Part shown: in pieces, positions 53,523-64,000 of the stretch
Position numbering within the stretch: the stretch's first letter is position 1
How the letters are laid out: each line of letters begins with the position of its first letter
Origin: Scyliorhinus canicula
Taxonomy: Eukaryota
Reading direction: 5' to 3'
Assembly (NCBI RefSeq): GCF_902713615.1
Contig: NC_052157.1
Location: 146,855,171 to 146,919,170, forward strand
Length of the DNA stretch: 64,000 bases
Translations under genes and position numbers: made by a program
The notes under the pieces: generated by a model
Seen by the model: only the letters and a program-made list of their open reading frames with translations
What the model was told of the DNA's origin: nothing
Database searches by the model: none

Positions 53523-54814
53523 TATAGAAGGAGGCCATTCAGCCCACCGAGTCTGCACTCACCCGGTGCTTGGCACTGTTAGGCAGCAGTGCTACCCATT
53601 ATTGTACGGGCTGAGTCAAACACGGCACAATTGATTAAAATGCAATGCAATAATCATCATCTCAGAAATGGCACGTGTACCCATGAGAAGCCACTTAAGA
53701 ATATTTGGTTTATTAAACGATCACCAGTGACAAAGATTTGAAAATCAATTACATTACATTCCACATATCACACTAACCATTAAACAACAAGGAAACTTCA
53801 CAGTTCCATATTGGTACCAAAACTAAGCAGCATCTGCTAATTTTCACCAAAACAAAACAAAGACACACTCGCAGGTTCCTCAACAGGAACAGAGGATAAG
53901 CCTGAGGATGTGTTATCATGTCCAGAACTTTGTCATAGAAATGACCTGTCCATCAATGTGTTACTAGTTCCAAGTATCAGTGCCATTCTCCTTTAAGGAG
54001 CCGCAGCTGTGCCCTCCCACATGGACCAATCTCACCAGAACCAAATCCTCGCATCCACATATTCCACTGGCACTTAAGGTGCAGTTGAGCATCCTTGACT
54101 TCCAGCATGTTTCACCCCATGGTGACATGCCAGTCACGTGCAGCACTCACCACTCCAGCAACAAAAGCATCAACAATCTGCAAATGCATTTCTTCCATGG
54201 TGTCATCAGGTTGGATCAGTGTTCTGCACCATGTTCTGCAGCACCTTCTTGCTTCAAACCAAATTGTCTTCTGGAATCGTGCGTCCCCCTGAGCCCGGTG
54301 TTCCAGGACGTGGGTATCTTAGAAAAAAATTGTCCTCCATTCTGACTGCAGAAAAGGAAGCAAACAGCAACCGCAGCTTCTAACAGCACTAGGCAGCCAC
54401 CAGCAGGAGCAAGCAGCAAACTCGACCTGCAGCTGTGAAGTGCTCTCACAACTAACAAGGCCAATTCCTCATTGCCAATAGCCTTCAGCTGTGAAGCTAG
54501 AGGCTGTTCACGGTCAAAGGGAGTTGAAGTGAACTTCAGCACTGGGCTTTGCCCTGGAAGTCTTTGGTAGGATAGACAGGCAGCATCTGTAGTCACCCCT
54601 GTTATGGTTATCCACAATATTTAAAGATGGTTTGAAGGCAAAATCTCACACAAAAAGCAACCCACCACTCTTCCTCACTGGTCTGAAATCGGGTGATGCC
54701 TAGGAGAGATTAAATGACAAAAGGACTCCTGATACAAGGACAAAGCGAGTGATAATAGGGCACGTGAAGAAACAGCAGATTTATCTTGAGGAGGTTTGAA
54801 TGGGAGGATCATAC

Positions 54815-55095
54815 AATGAATTACTTCAAAACGCAATCACTATTGTTACATGAACAAATGTGGCAACCATCTTGTGCACAGCATTGCCTCACACACGACA
54901 GTGTTAAAGTATTGGTGGTAGAAAGTGTTGACCCGGACCCTGAGAGACCTCTCCATTCTGTGATTATTGCCGTGGATCCACAGAATGTGTGGACGAGGCC
55001 TTAGTTAAGTGGCTCCTCTGTAGAATGGTACTTCTGAAAACACAGCCCTTCTTCAGTCACACGTGGTAATGTCAGCTTAGCTTACATCAAGACTT
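54815..55095 (-). mobile_element. Very old Deu-domain SINE remnant
   Basis: Patchy similarity to 37857-38212. Confidence 0.45.
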
Positions 55096-55977
55096 GGTTT
55101 TTAAATCAAGTATTCCAAGTAGGTACAGCTCTGTCTCACAAAAGGCAGTCGATGCGAGCTCAATCGATGATCTTAAATCTGAGATTGATCATTTATTTGC
55201 TAGCCAAGTGTATAAGAGGACATAACCCCAAGACAGGTGGACTGAGTTAATTCATGTTAGGATCAGCCACGATCTCATTAAATGGCAGAGAACAGGTTCG
55301 AGGGGCCAAGTGGTATATAATTACTCTTCCTATGTTCCAAGGAAGTAAATTGACTGAAGAATGGTTAAAAATTATTGTAACTGTAGAAGGTTTTTTTTCC
55401 TGTAATAATCATGTTTAAACAAATAAAAGTACATTCTCAAGATTTTAAATCAAGATTCGGTGATTGGGTTAATCTGCCATATGTATTTTTCAAGCTTTGC
55501 AGGAAATAGCCCATCTTATGTTATATGATATAATCTGCCTAATTTAGTCAGTATGTCCTGTTCCAACTTAATGCCTGTGTTCTGTTAAAGCATTACAAGC
55601 TACATCTTAATTCAGCCGTAAATTGCTATGCATAAGTAGAAATTTTGCTGTGTGTGTGGGAGTACAGTTGTTTAATGAATCTGGTCCACAAATGGGGAAT
55701 AATCAAGTGCAGTCCACGATACATGTATCAACTATCTACAGCAACCAGCTGAGTCATAAAAGCAAAGCAACTTAACCGCATGAGTGTTTAACTTTTTCAG
55801 TGTAATTTAACAGATTTTGTTGAGCAAATATGTATGCATTTTAAAAAGATATGTTCCAAATAAAAACGTGTGGATTTTATTACATTACCTTGTATATTAG
55901 CTTGTTGGCTGCATTTGAGTTTGTGAAACATATCAATTTTCTTTGCCTCACCTACACCTTGAATACATACATTAGCT

Positions 55978-56262
55978 TGGGCGGCACGGTAGCACAGTGG
56001 TTAGCACTGTTGTTTCATAGCTCCGGGGTCCCAGGTTCCATTTCCGGCTTGGGTCACTGTCTGTGCAGAGTCTGCACGTTCTCCGTGTCTGTGTGGGTTT
56101 CCTCCAGGTGCTCCGATTTCCTCCCACAAGTCCCAAAAGTTAGCTAATTTGGACATTCTGAATTCTCCCTCTGTGTACCCGAACAGGCGCCGGAGTGTGG
56201 CGACTAGTAACTTCATTGCAATGTAAATGTAAGCCTACTTGTGACAATAAATAATATTATTG
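55978..56262 (+). mobile_element. V-SINE type B
   Basis: Head, V domain, tail B. Confidence 0.9.
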
Positions 56263-56501
56263 TTGTCTTGTGCAGCTGAGCAGTCTATCTAAAGCTTTCA
56301 GAAAGTTATGGATAAGATGGAGGATTCAGTGAAAGGAGAGCAGGAAAATATTAAATAACAGACTTTAGCTTTGTCTAGTTATCGTTGAATTATGCATATG
56401 CAACTAGCTACTGTAAATCTTCAACTTGTTGACTTGTGTTTACTATATTATTTGTATGGCAGATGAAGCAGTGTTACTGCCTTCCAAAATCAGGGTAGAT
56501 T

Positions 56502-56689
56502 TTGTTTTCCAATTAAGGGGCAATTTAGCGTGGCCAGTCCACCTAACATGCACATCTTTGGGTTGTGGGGGCGAGACCCACGCAGGCACGGGGAGAATGT
56601 GCAAACTCCACATGGACAGTGACCCGGGGCTGGGATCGAACCCGGGTCCTCAGTGCCGTAGGCAGCAGTGCTAACCACTGTGCCGACTA
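56502..56689 (-). mobile_element. V-SINE type C
   Basis: 18-bp TSD ccaaaa(t/c)cagggtagatt (56484-56501 / 56690-56707). Confidence 0.9.
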
Positions 56690-56988
56690 CCAAAACCAGG
56701 GTAGATTATGTCAGGACGTGTGGTATGAATGGTCGCCAAAACACAAGGTCCTGTCTTCAATTCCTGAGCGTGCTACACATTGTATGGACGTTGAGCAGGT
56801 AAAGGCATGCTGGATCATAGGAATTGAGAGCTCAGCGATGGGAGTGCCTTAGATTCTGAAGAGAGAGAATAAAGCATGTAGAATAGAAACCCAAAAACTT
56901 TTAATGATATTGTTGCATGTAACTCGGAGGTTTTGTTTTCCATTAAATATTTTCTAAGTTGAATTGACATTTCTAATTTCTCCGAAAG

Positions 56989-57071
56989 CTTGAAGAGAAG
57001 CTCAAAGAGAAGGTGGATGTAAGTCTAGTGGAAAGGATTAACCTGATGTCAGAAATGGACACCTTCAGCAC
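56989..57071 (+). CDS. VPS53: VPS53 internal coding exon (83 nt, phase 0 to 2)
   Basis: ttctaatttctccgaaAG acceptor; [27 protein letters not shown](T); donor AC|GTGAGT. Not in the ORF track. Confidence 0.96.
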
Positions 57072-57439
57072 GTGAGTACAAACAATGAGAAGATTGACTA
57101 ATTTACAATTTCCACTTCACCAATTTAAAAATAAATACTTCACAATTGTTAAGTTACCCTGACGATAGGTTGCTAGCTGATCACTGAATCAGAAAAATTT
57201 AAGGTACAGAAGGAGGCCAGCGCCTGTCTGCCAACCGAGAAAGAGCTAACCAGCCTAATCGTACTTTGGATGTCTGGGACGGTAGAGCTGTAGGTTACAA
57301 GATTTCAAAGTACACGGCCAAGTGTTTCTTTAAGTACAGTGAGGCTTTCTTCCTTTATCACGTTTTCAGGAAGTGAGTTCCAGACTCTACCACCCATTGG
57401 TGAAAAAAGGTTTCCTCCATTCTACAATTATATAATAAG

Positions 57440-60110
57440 AAAAAGAGTAACTAAAGTTCCTTAAAGGGTGAGATTGGAGAATTAATAATGGGAAACAAGG
57501 AAATGGTAGAGACTATGAAGAAATATTCACAGTAGAAGATAGAAGAAGCAAGAACAGTAGAAAAAGAGGGGGCAACAGGGAGGGAGGAACATCAAATAAT
57601 CTTGGTCACTAGAGAAAATGTACTGGGAAAACTAATGGGACTAAAGGCTGATAAGTCTCCTAGACTTAGTGGCTGTAGGGATGGTGGGTGCATTGGCTGT
57701 AATCTTCCAAGATTTCCCTCGATTCTCGAAAGGTCCCAGCTGATTGGAAAACACAAATGTAACACTTCTTCAGGAAAGGAGGTAGACAGAAAGCAAGAAA
57801 CTATAGGCTAATTAGTCACCTATCATTGGAAAAATGTTAGAATTTATAATTGAGGAAGCAGTAGCAGGACATTTCGAAAGCATTAATACAATCGGGCAGA
57901 GTCAACATTGTTTTGTGAAAGGGAAATCGTGTTTGACAAATTTATTAGAGTTCTATGAGGCTGGAACAAGAATAGTGGATAAAGGAGTATGATAGAAATC
58001 AAGTTTTCTGGTGAGCTATAGATGAGATAGATAAAAGGTTTAATTGAGGAATCATTAGGAGTAATTGACTAAATCGTATTAATCATGAGAGTGAGGAAAA
58101 GCTGGGAACTAATCAGATAAGACTTTAAATGTTCACATTTTGCAAGTTGTTCGAGACTGGCCAGAATCCAAGGCCAGTGACAAAAGACTCCATTGTATGC
58201 AGATGCCTTCCCTGGCCTGGACAGATCCGTTTCCATGGTAACAGTGAGTCGGGGTCATAATGACTTTTCGAAAACTGTGTTAATCTAATTAATGTTAGAG
58301 GCATAATTGGCAAGCCAGGTATGGAAAATTACAAAATCACACTAAAACATTTATTTCTCAAATTGACAGATAGACAGTTTGGTCGAATTGAGTGAATTAT
58401 AAATTAGTTGAAGCCAATCACAGCTGTAAAGAAGGCGAAACTTTAAGATAGTGATCTTTAAAAAAAAAAAAAATCACATGTCAGCTTGGAAAAATTCATT
58501 CCGGAATCAATCTATCACTTTCTGAAACCTATGTCTTGCTGCTGCCTTTGCTATCGCCATTTTTCTTTTGTTTGAAATCAATCCGTAATTTTGTACTGTG
58601 TATTATGATTTGAAGAATTGCCATGAGTTATGTTTTAAACTCAACCACTGTTTTCACTAAAGACAATCAATCTGACCTAAGTTTGTATTGTAACCAAAGA
58701 GTTTACCAGGAGACAAGAAAAGCTGACAATAAAGTTCATCGTAACTTTGCAAAAAAAGAGCAGAGCCTGTATTTCTGTTATTTGGAAACTAAGAGAGCAT
58801 ATCCAGAGTTCTGAATAGACCCAGAGATCCATCAGAGTACCAGTAGATTTGGTGCATTTGAATTTCTAAAAGGTATTTAGTTAAGTCCGATATAAAAGGT
58901 TACTGCCAAGATAAGAACTTATGTTGGTTGTATATTCGCATGGATATCGGATTGGCTAGGTAACCGGAAAAGGGGAGTCGAGATAAATGGGCCTTTTTCA
59001 AGTTGGCAAACTGTAGCTAGTAAATTGGCGCAGGGATCAATGCTGGGGTCTCAACTATATATGAACTATATTGATGATTTGGAAGAAGGGACCAACTGCA
59101 TTTAGTCAAATTTGATGATGACAGGTAAAAGAGAAAGTTGTGAGGAGGGTGAAAAGAGTCTGCAAAGGGATTCAGATAGGCAAAGTGAGCAGAAATGTGG
59201 CAGATGGCTATAATGAGGAAAAATGTGAAGTTGTCCACTTTGACAGAAATAATGAAAGGGTAGGATACTATTGAAATGGAAAGAGACTGCAGAATTCTAC
59301 AAAACAATCCTTGTGCATGAATCACAAAAGGTCAGAGTGAAGATGCAGCGATTAATTAGGAATGTTTTATTGAAAGAGGGATGGATTATAAAAGTAGGAG
59401 AAGCTTGCTACAACTGTACGGGATGTGTACAGTTTTGGTCTCCTTATTTAAGGAAGGATAAATTTGTATTGGAAACAGTTCAGAGAAGGTTCACTAGGTT
59501 AATTCCTGGAATGAAGGGTTTGTCTTATGAGGAAAGGTTGAGTAGGTTGGGCCTATACTCATTGGAGTTGAGAAGAATGTGTTGAATGAGGGCTTGACAG
59601 GGTAGATGTTAAGGCGATGTTTCTCCGCATGTTAGAATCTAGGACCCGGGAACACAGTTAAAAAATGTTCTCATTTGAGATGGAGATGAGGAGCAATTTC
59701 TTCTCGGAGGATTGTTAGTCTTTGAAATTCTTTTCCACGTTGTGCAGTGGAAGCTGGGTCATTGAATCTATTCAAGGCTGAGTTAGACAGATTTTTTGAT
59801 CAACAAAGGATTATGGGGGTAGGCAGAAAAGTGGAGCTATAATAATAATAATCGCTTATTGTCACGAGTAGGCTTCAATGATGTTACTGTGAAAAGCTCG
59901 TAGTTGCCACATTCCGGCACCTGTTCGGGGAAGCTGGAATGGGAATTGGACCCGCGCTGCTGGTCTTGTTCTGCATTACAAGCCAGCTGTCTTAGCCCAC
60001 TGTGCTAAACCAGCCCCTATGGTCATGATCAGCCACAATCTTGTTGAATTTTGGAGCAGACTCTGTGGACTGAATGGGCTACACCTCCTCCTGCTTCTTG
60101 TGATTTTGCT
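57440..60110 (+). mobile_element. Decayed CR1 LINE ORF2 to 3' UTR, interrupted by a solo LTR and a type D SINE (59839-60017, minus)
   Basis: VTRENVLGKLMGLKADKSP; KGKSCLTNLLEFYE; VDKGV|PVDLVHLNF; CVQFWSPYLRKD..ETVQRRFTRLIPGMKGLSYEERLSRLGLYSLE. Confidence 0.9.
57990..58834 (+). mobile_element. Solo LTR (845 bp)
   Basis: TGATAG...CCATCA termini; perfect 5-bp TSD gagta (57985-57989 / 58835-58839); CCAAT (about 58414), AATAAA (about 58728); CR1 frame rejoins. Confidence 0.9.
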
Positions 60111-60444
60111 GTAACTTCCCTCTCATCCTTTCTAATAATTACTTTAAAGCAATGCCCCCGATTATTGATCTCTACTAAGAGACATAGGTCCTTCTATCTA
60201 CTTTATAGACCCATTTATAATTTTATACATGTGAATCAATTGTCCCCTCGGCCTCCTCTGTTCAAAAGTGAACAACCCCAAATTGACCACTCTTGCCTCA
60301 TAGCAACATTTTCCAGTCCATTAACAATTTCATAAACCTCCTCTGCATCCCCTGTAATACTATCACATCCTTCCTGTAATGTGATCAGAACTGGATACAG
60401 TGCTCTGGCTGTGGCCTAACAACTGTTTAATGCAGTTCTCGTGA

Positions 60445-60960
60445 ATACCATAGAAAGCACCCTATGTGCTGTATCACAGCCTGGTATGGCAACTGCTTGG
60501 CCCAAGAACGCAAGTAACTTCTGAGAGTTGTGAACACAGCCCAGTCCATCACACAAACCTGCCTCCCATCCATTGACTCTATCTACACCTCCCGCTGCCT
60601 GGGGAAAGCAGGCAGCATAATCAAAGACCCCTCCCACCTGACCTACTCACTCTTCCAACTTCTTCCATCGGGCAGGAGATACAAAATTTTGAGGACACGC
60701 ACGAACAGATTTAAAAACAGCTTCTTCCTCGTTGTTACCAGACTCCTAAATGACCCTCTTATGGGCTGACCTGATTAATATTACACTCCTGTCTACTTTA
60801 CCTGGTGCCGATGTCTACGTATTTACATTGTGTGCCTTGTGTTGCCTTATTATGTATTTTCTTTTTATTTTATTTTCATATACTAAATAATCTGTTTGAG
60901 CTGATCACAGAAAAATACTTTTCACTGTACCTAGGTACGCGTGACAATAAACAAATCCAA
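60445..60960 (+). mobile_element. Rex1/Babar 3' fragment inserted in an antisense CR1 (about 60110-61075)
   Basis: NTAQSITQTCLPSIDSIYTSRCLGKAGSIIKDPSH..LLPSGRRY; very similar to 31750-32270. Confidence 0.9.
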
Positions 60961-62885
60961 CCTTTCTGCTCTTATAATCCACACCGTGGCTAATAAAGGG
61001 AAGTATCCATTAGCCTTCTTAACCAGCTGACTACCTTCAGGGATTTGTGGGCATTTGCTTCAAGATCCTTTTGATCCTTTACAGCTGTTGGTATTCCACC
61101 ATTTGTTGTGGACTATTTTCCCTTATTTGCAACAACCCCACCTCCACAAATGCATTATCTCACACTTCTAGATTTGCCTACCTGACCATTTTCCTGCAAC
61201 CTACAGCTTTCTTCCTACTCTTAAATTGTAACGATTGTACGCTTGTTGACAATGCACTTAATCCAGTTCACGTGATGAAATATTACTGCAGAATGAAATG
61301 CCATTGTGTCACTGAGTAACACCATCACATCAGAAATGGATGTGAGATTGTTTTGGCTCTCCCCATTTCCCTGATGAAAGATAGAGGCCCTCTGAAGAAA
61401 ACAACTAATTTTTCAGGAGGGTTTACTTCTGGTTGCCCTTCTGGAGCAAACTAATTCTTTGCAATGAAGCCATTGCCTATTTCAGTCAGGATGCAAAGTC
61501 CATGGATTACAATAAGATGGTGCAAAGCCACAAGTATTTCCTGCGCAGTTATATCAGTTGGTCGGTTGTGGACGTCCATGTGCCAAAATATTTCAATCAT
61601 TTGGAGTTTATGAGGTATAGTTAATTTTGCTCACTGCTGCTCTTTGGGGAGTAAGTCATATGGCGCCGATCTAATGGAGCCTTCAGCTTTGCCAAATAGT
61701 TTTGGTCACAAATGTCTTCTCTTAACAGAGGGCTAGTACACAGTTGTTACACTTAAAGACACAAAAATATTATGCTTGATTTGATTAACCAAGAACGGAC
61801 TACACATAATTACACACAGTAGCGTGCAAAGAACACTGCAGTACAAATGACTGATTTAGAACTAGCTTAAGCTGTTCCAGCCTTAGAATAAATCCCTAGT
61901 TGGTTGTTTATCAAATTTCATTCAGTAAGTAACTCCATAAATTTAGTACCTAGCTATAAATAATAAACAATTTAATTTTCATGCTTTCACAATGAATATG
62001 TGGAACTTGTTTACGAAGTGTTAGTAAAATCCTTGTCTGTCTAGACCAGTATGGACTGTGGCTTTTAAGTGTTATCTTTGGTTTATGCCTTAATGCTGCT
62101 GGTCAGATGTAAATTGTTTCTGTCCTGAGTTATCAATCTAGGTACCGTACATCACTGAAACTTCAAAGAAACCTTCCAAAAAAGGCCTAAAAACTTTAAA
62201 TGCTGAGTATAAATGGGGTCAGCGTTGATGTTTTAAAAAAAAGGCACACTGGTAATTCAAATTAAATCAATGTGTCACGCTTTATCTAATGAAATAATTC
62301 TGTGAGGGTAGTTTGAACTGCAATCGTAACATTTTTTAAAAAGCGTCAAATTCATCATCTTCAGTAGCTGACACAATGAGTTAATCAAACTCATCTGCAG
62401 TCATTTTGGTGCTGGCAGCATTATACGAACGCTACCCTGGATAAGAACTTTCAGTTTCATAATTAGCCCACCATAACAAATCGTCTTCCTCTCCATTCAT
62501 TGATTCTGCATTTTTTTTGGACAATTTCTACATTAATAACTTCCCATGATTTCATGACAAAACCACAGAAACCAGCAAGCAGGGAAACGTGGGTATTTCC
62601 ACTCTTTCCATCTGTATTAAGGTTATTTCTCTGTCAACCGTGTACCTGTCCAATTCAGCGCAGGCGCACTTCAACTTCGAGAGCGAGTTTAACCTCGAAC
62701 ATGTATTTCTGAGCTGAAACATTGAGACCGGCTCTCAGTGTGATTACAACTCCAAATATGCATTTCTTTAGCTGAAAAATGTAGGGGTGACTTATCTGTC
62801 ATGTATAGGTCTAAACATGCATCTTGGTGTGGAGAAAATTGAGTTGTCTTTGATGATTGTTCGACTTGTACACGGTGGTTTGTGG

Positions 62886-64000
62886 CAGGGTTTTTCAAAG
62901 TGCGGCCTGCAGTGGGTCGCGGAGTGATCCGTCACACCGTTCCCGTGATGGTCCCGATTGCGGGAGAAGCGGTCAATGGCCGCTGCCGGCTTTTACATCT
63001 GTCTTCTTTTAAATGGAAACAAATGAGGCTGCGTGGAGTCTTCCGGCCAGAAGCGGGAGCAGAGAAGAGGTCATACGCCCTGCATGCACACTTGATGTCA
63101 AGCACCCTCCAGGTACATGCTTTTGGAGCCAAAGCAGTGATGCTTCCATTTTACAGCAAGTGAAGGTGGACAAATCCATTTTACAGCAAGGTGAATGCTT
63201 TTCTTAAAAGTAAGCGATTGCCAGAAACTCAAATAGGCAGTTTACCTATTGGACACGATCACACAACAGAGTCTGCTGGAGAGAGCACCTCAAGAGAGCC
63301 CAGAGCAGGACAGAACGGTGCTAGTGCTAGCTCTGTACAGTGCTCCAGGGCCTCTTGTTAACAGCCTACAAAAAAGAAACTTAACTCGGGATCAAAGCAG
63401 TATAAACATGATTTCTTGAGGTATGGTTTTGTCAATTGTGCTGATGCAAAGTCCATATGTGTTATATGCAAGGACGTACTGGAAAATGAGAGTCAATGTT
63501 TCAGACTTTGAAAGAGAAGTGGTGGGTGAAATATTCCTTTTGAGGTTGAGACCCCAGAGTTAGTTACTAAATTAGAGCTGACTCCAGATTAAAACACTGC
63601 GCTGCTGTAGCTGATCCGGGATACCACATTGCAAACATGCCAAAAGCCCATGAGGCTGTCAGCATTCTGGTGTAGCGACTCCCAGCAGCACCCAGTGCTG
63701 AGTAAAATGAGCATTTTGTTGCTATTGCCCTTCATAACGATCTACCTGTGCGAGGTTGGGTTTTCCGTTTTCATAAAGGTGAAGATGGCATAAAGGAACC
63801 GACTGAACTCTGCACCTGATATGCGCATTGCCCTCTCCTCCTATGAACCTGAATCAAGTGAGATCGTGAGAACTAAGCAGGATCCCGTTTCGCATTCAAA
63901 GTAAGCAAACATGGCGTGGGTCACGAAGGTCAGCTAGCGTGGGTCCCAACGGTCGACCAGTTGGCAAAAGTGGGTCTGGGGAAAAAAGGTTTGAAAAACA
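62886..64000 (+). mobile_element. Non-autonomous internal-deletion derivative of the 7991-10732 hAT family; right TIR cut by the window end
   Basis: cagggtttttcaaagt start; DFLRYGFVNCAD..CVICKDVLENE joined near 63493 to the C-terminal region (LLLPFITIYLCEVGFS); ends tttgaaaaaca. Confidence 0.9.

Noticed and set aside
53964-54617. Cluster of overlapping ORFs
   Set aside because: No recognisable domain or splice-consistent frame; may be an eroded TE but cannot be supported.
57072-64000. Following VPS53 exon (VISSSIQLLVQDLD..)
   Set aside because: Not found; atcatcttcagtagctga near 62355 resembles it only superficially and hits a stop.

Overview
Eukaryotic, repeat-dense genomic DNA from a cartilaginous fish. 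The V-SINE/HE1-like, CR1, Rex1/Babar, RTE, Penelope and Deu-SINE repertoire indicates an elasmobranch; a catshark such as Scyliorhinus is my inference. The whole window lies inside the + strand VPS53 gene (GARP/EARP subunit). Four internal coding exons (22803-22897, 40117-40359, 42937-43084, 56989-57071; 95/243/148/83 nt) splice GT-AG in frame to [13 protein letters not shown]...SGNLPK|ATSSSGG...ATTQQ|LEEKLKEK...EMDTFS. The flanking exons were not found in the window. Introns are filled with nested TEs: a decayed full-length Buster/Charlie-type hAT with an 8-bp TSD inside an RTE, a deletion derivative of the same family, three candidate solo LTRs with 5-bp TSDs, Penelope remnants, more than 25 SINEs and a 35-bp minisatellite. 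The most unusual signal is a 92-bp near-perfect inverted repeat (40456-40547 / 41589-41680) that I cannot assign to any TE. It starts 96 nt after the donor orthologous to human VPS53 c.1556+1 and could form a long-range pre-mRNA stem around a 1-kb loop. Repeat family names come from remembered consensus features, not database searches, and repeat boundaries are approximate unless TSDs are quoted.
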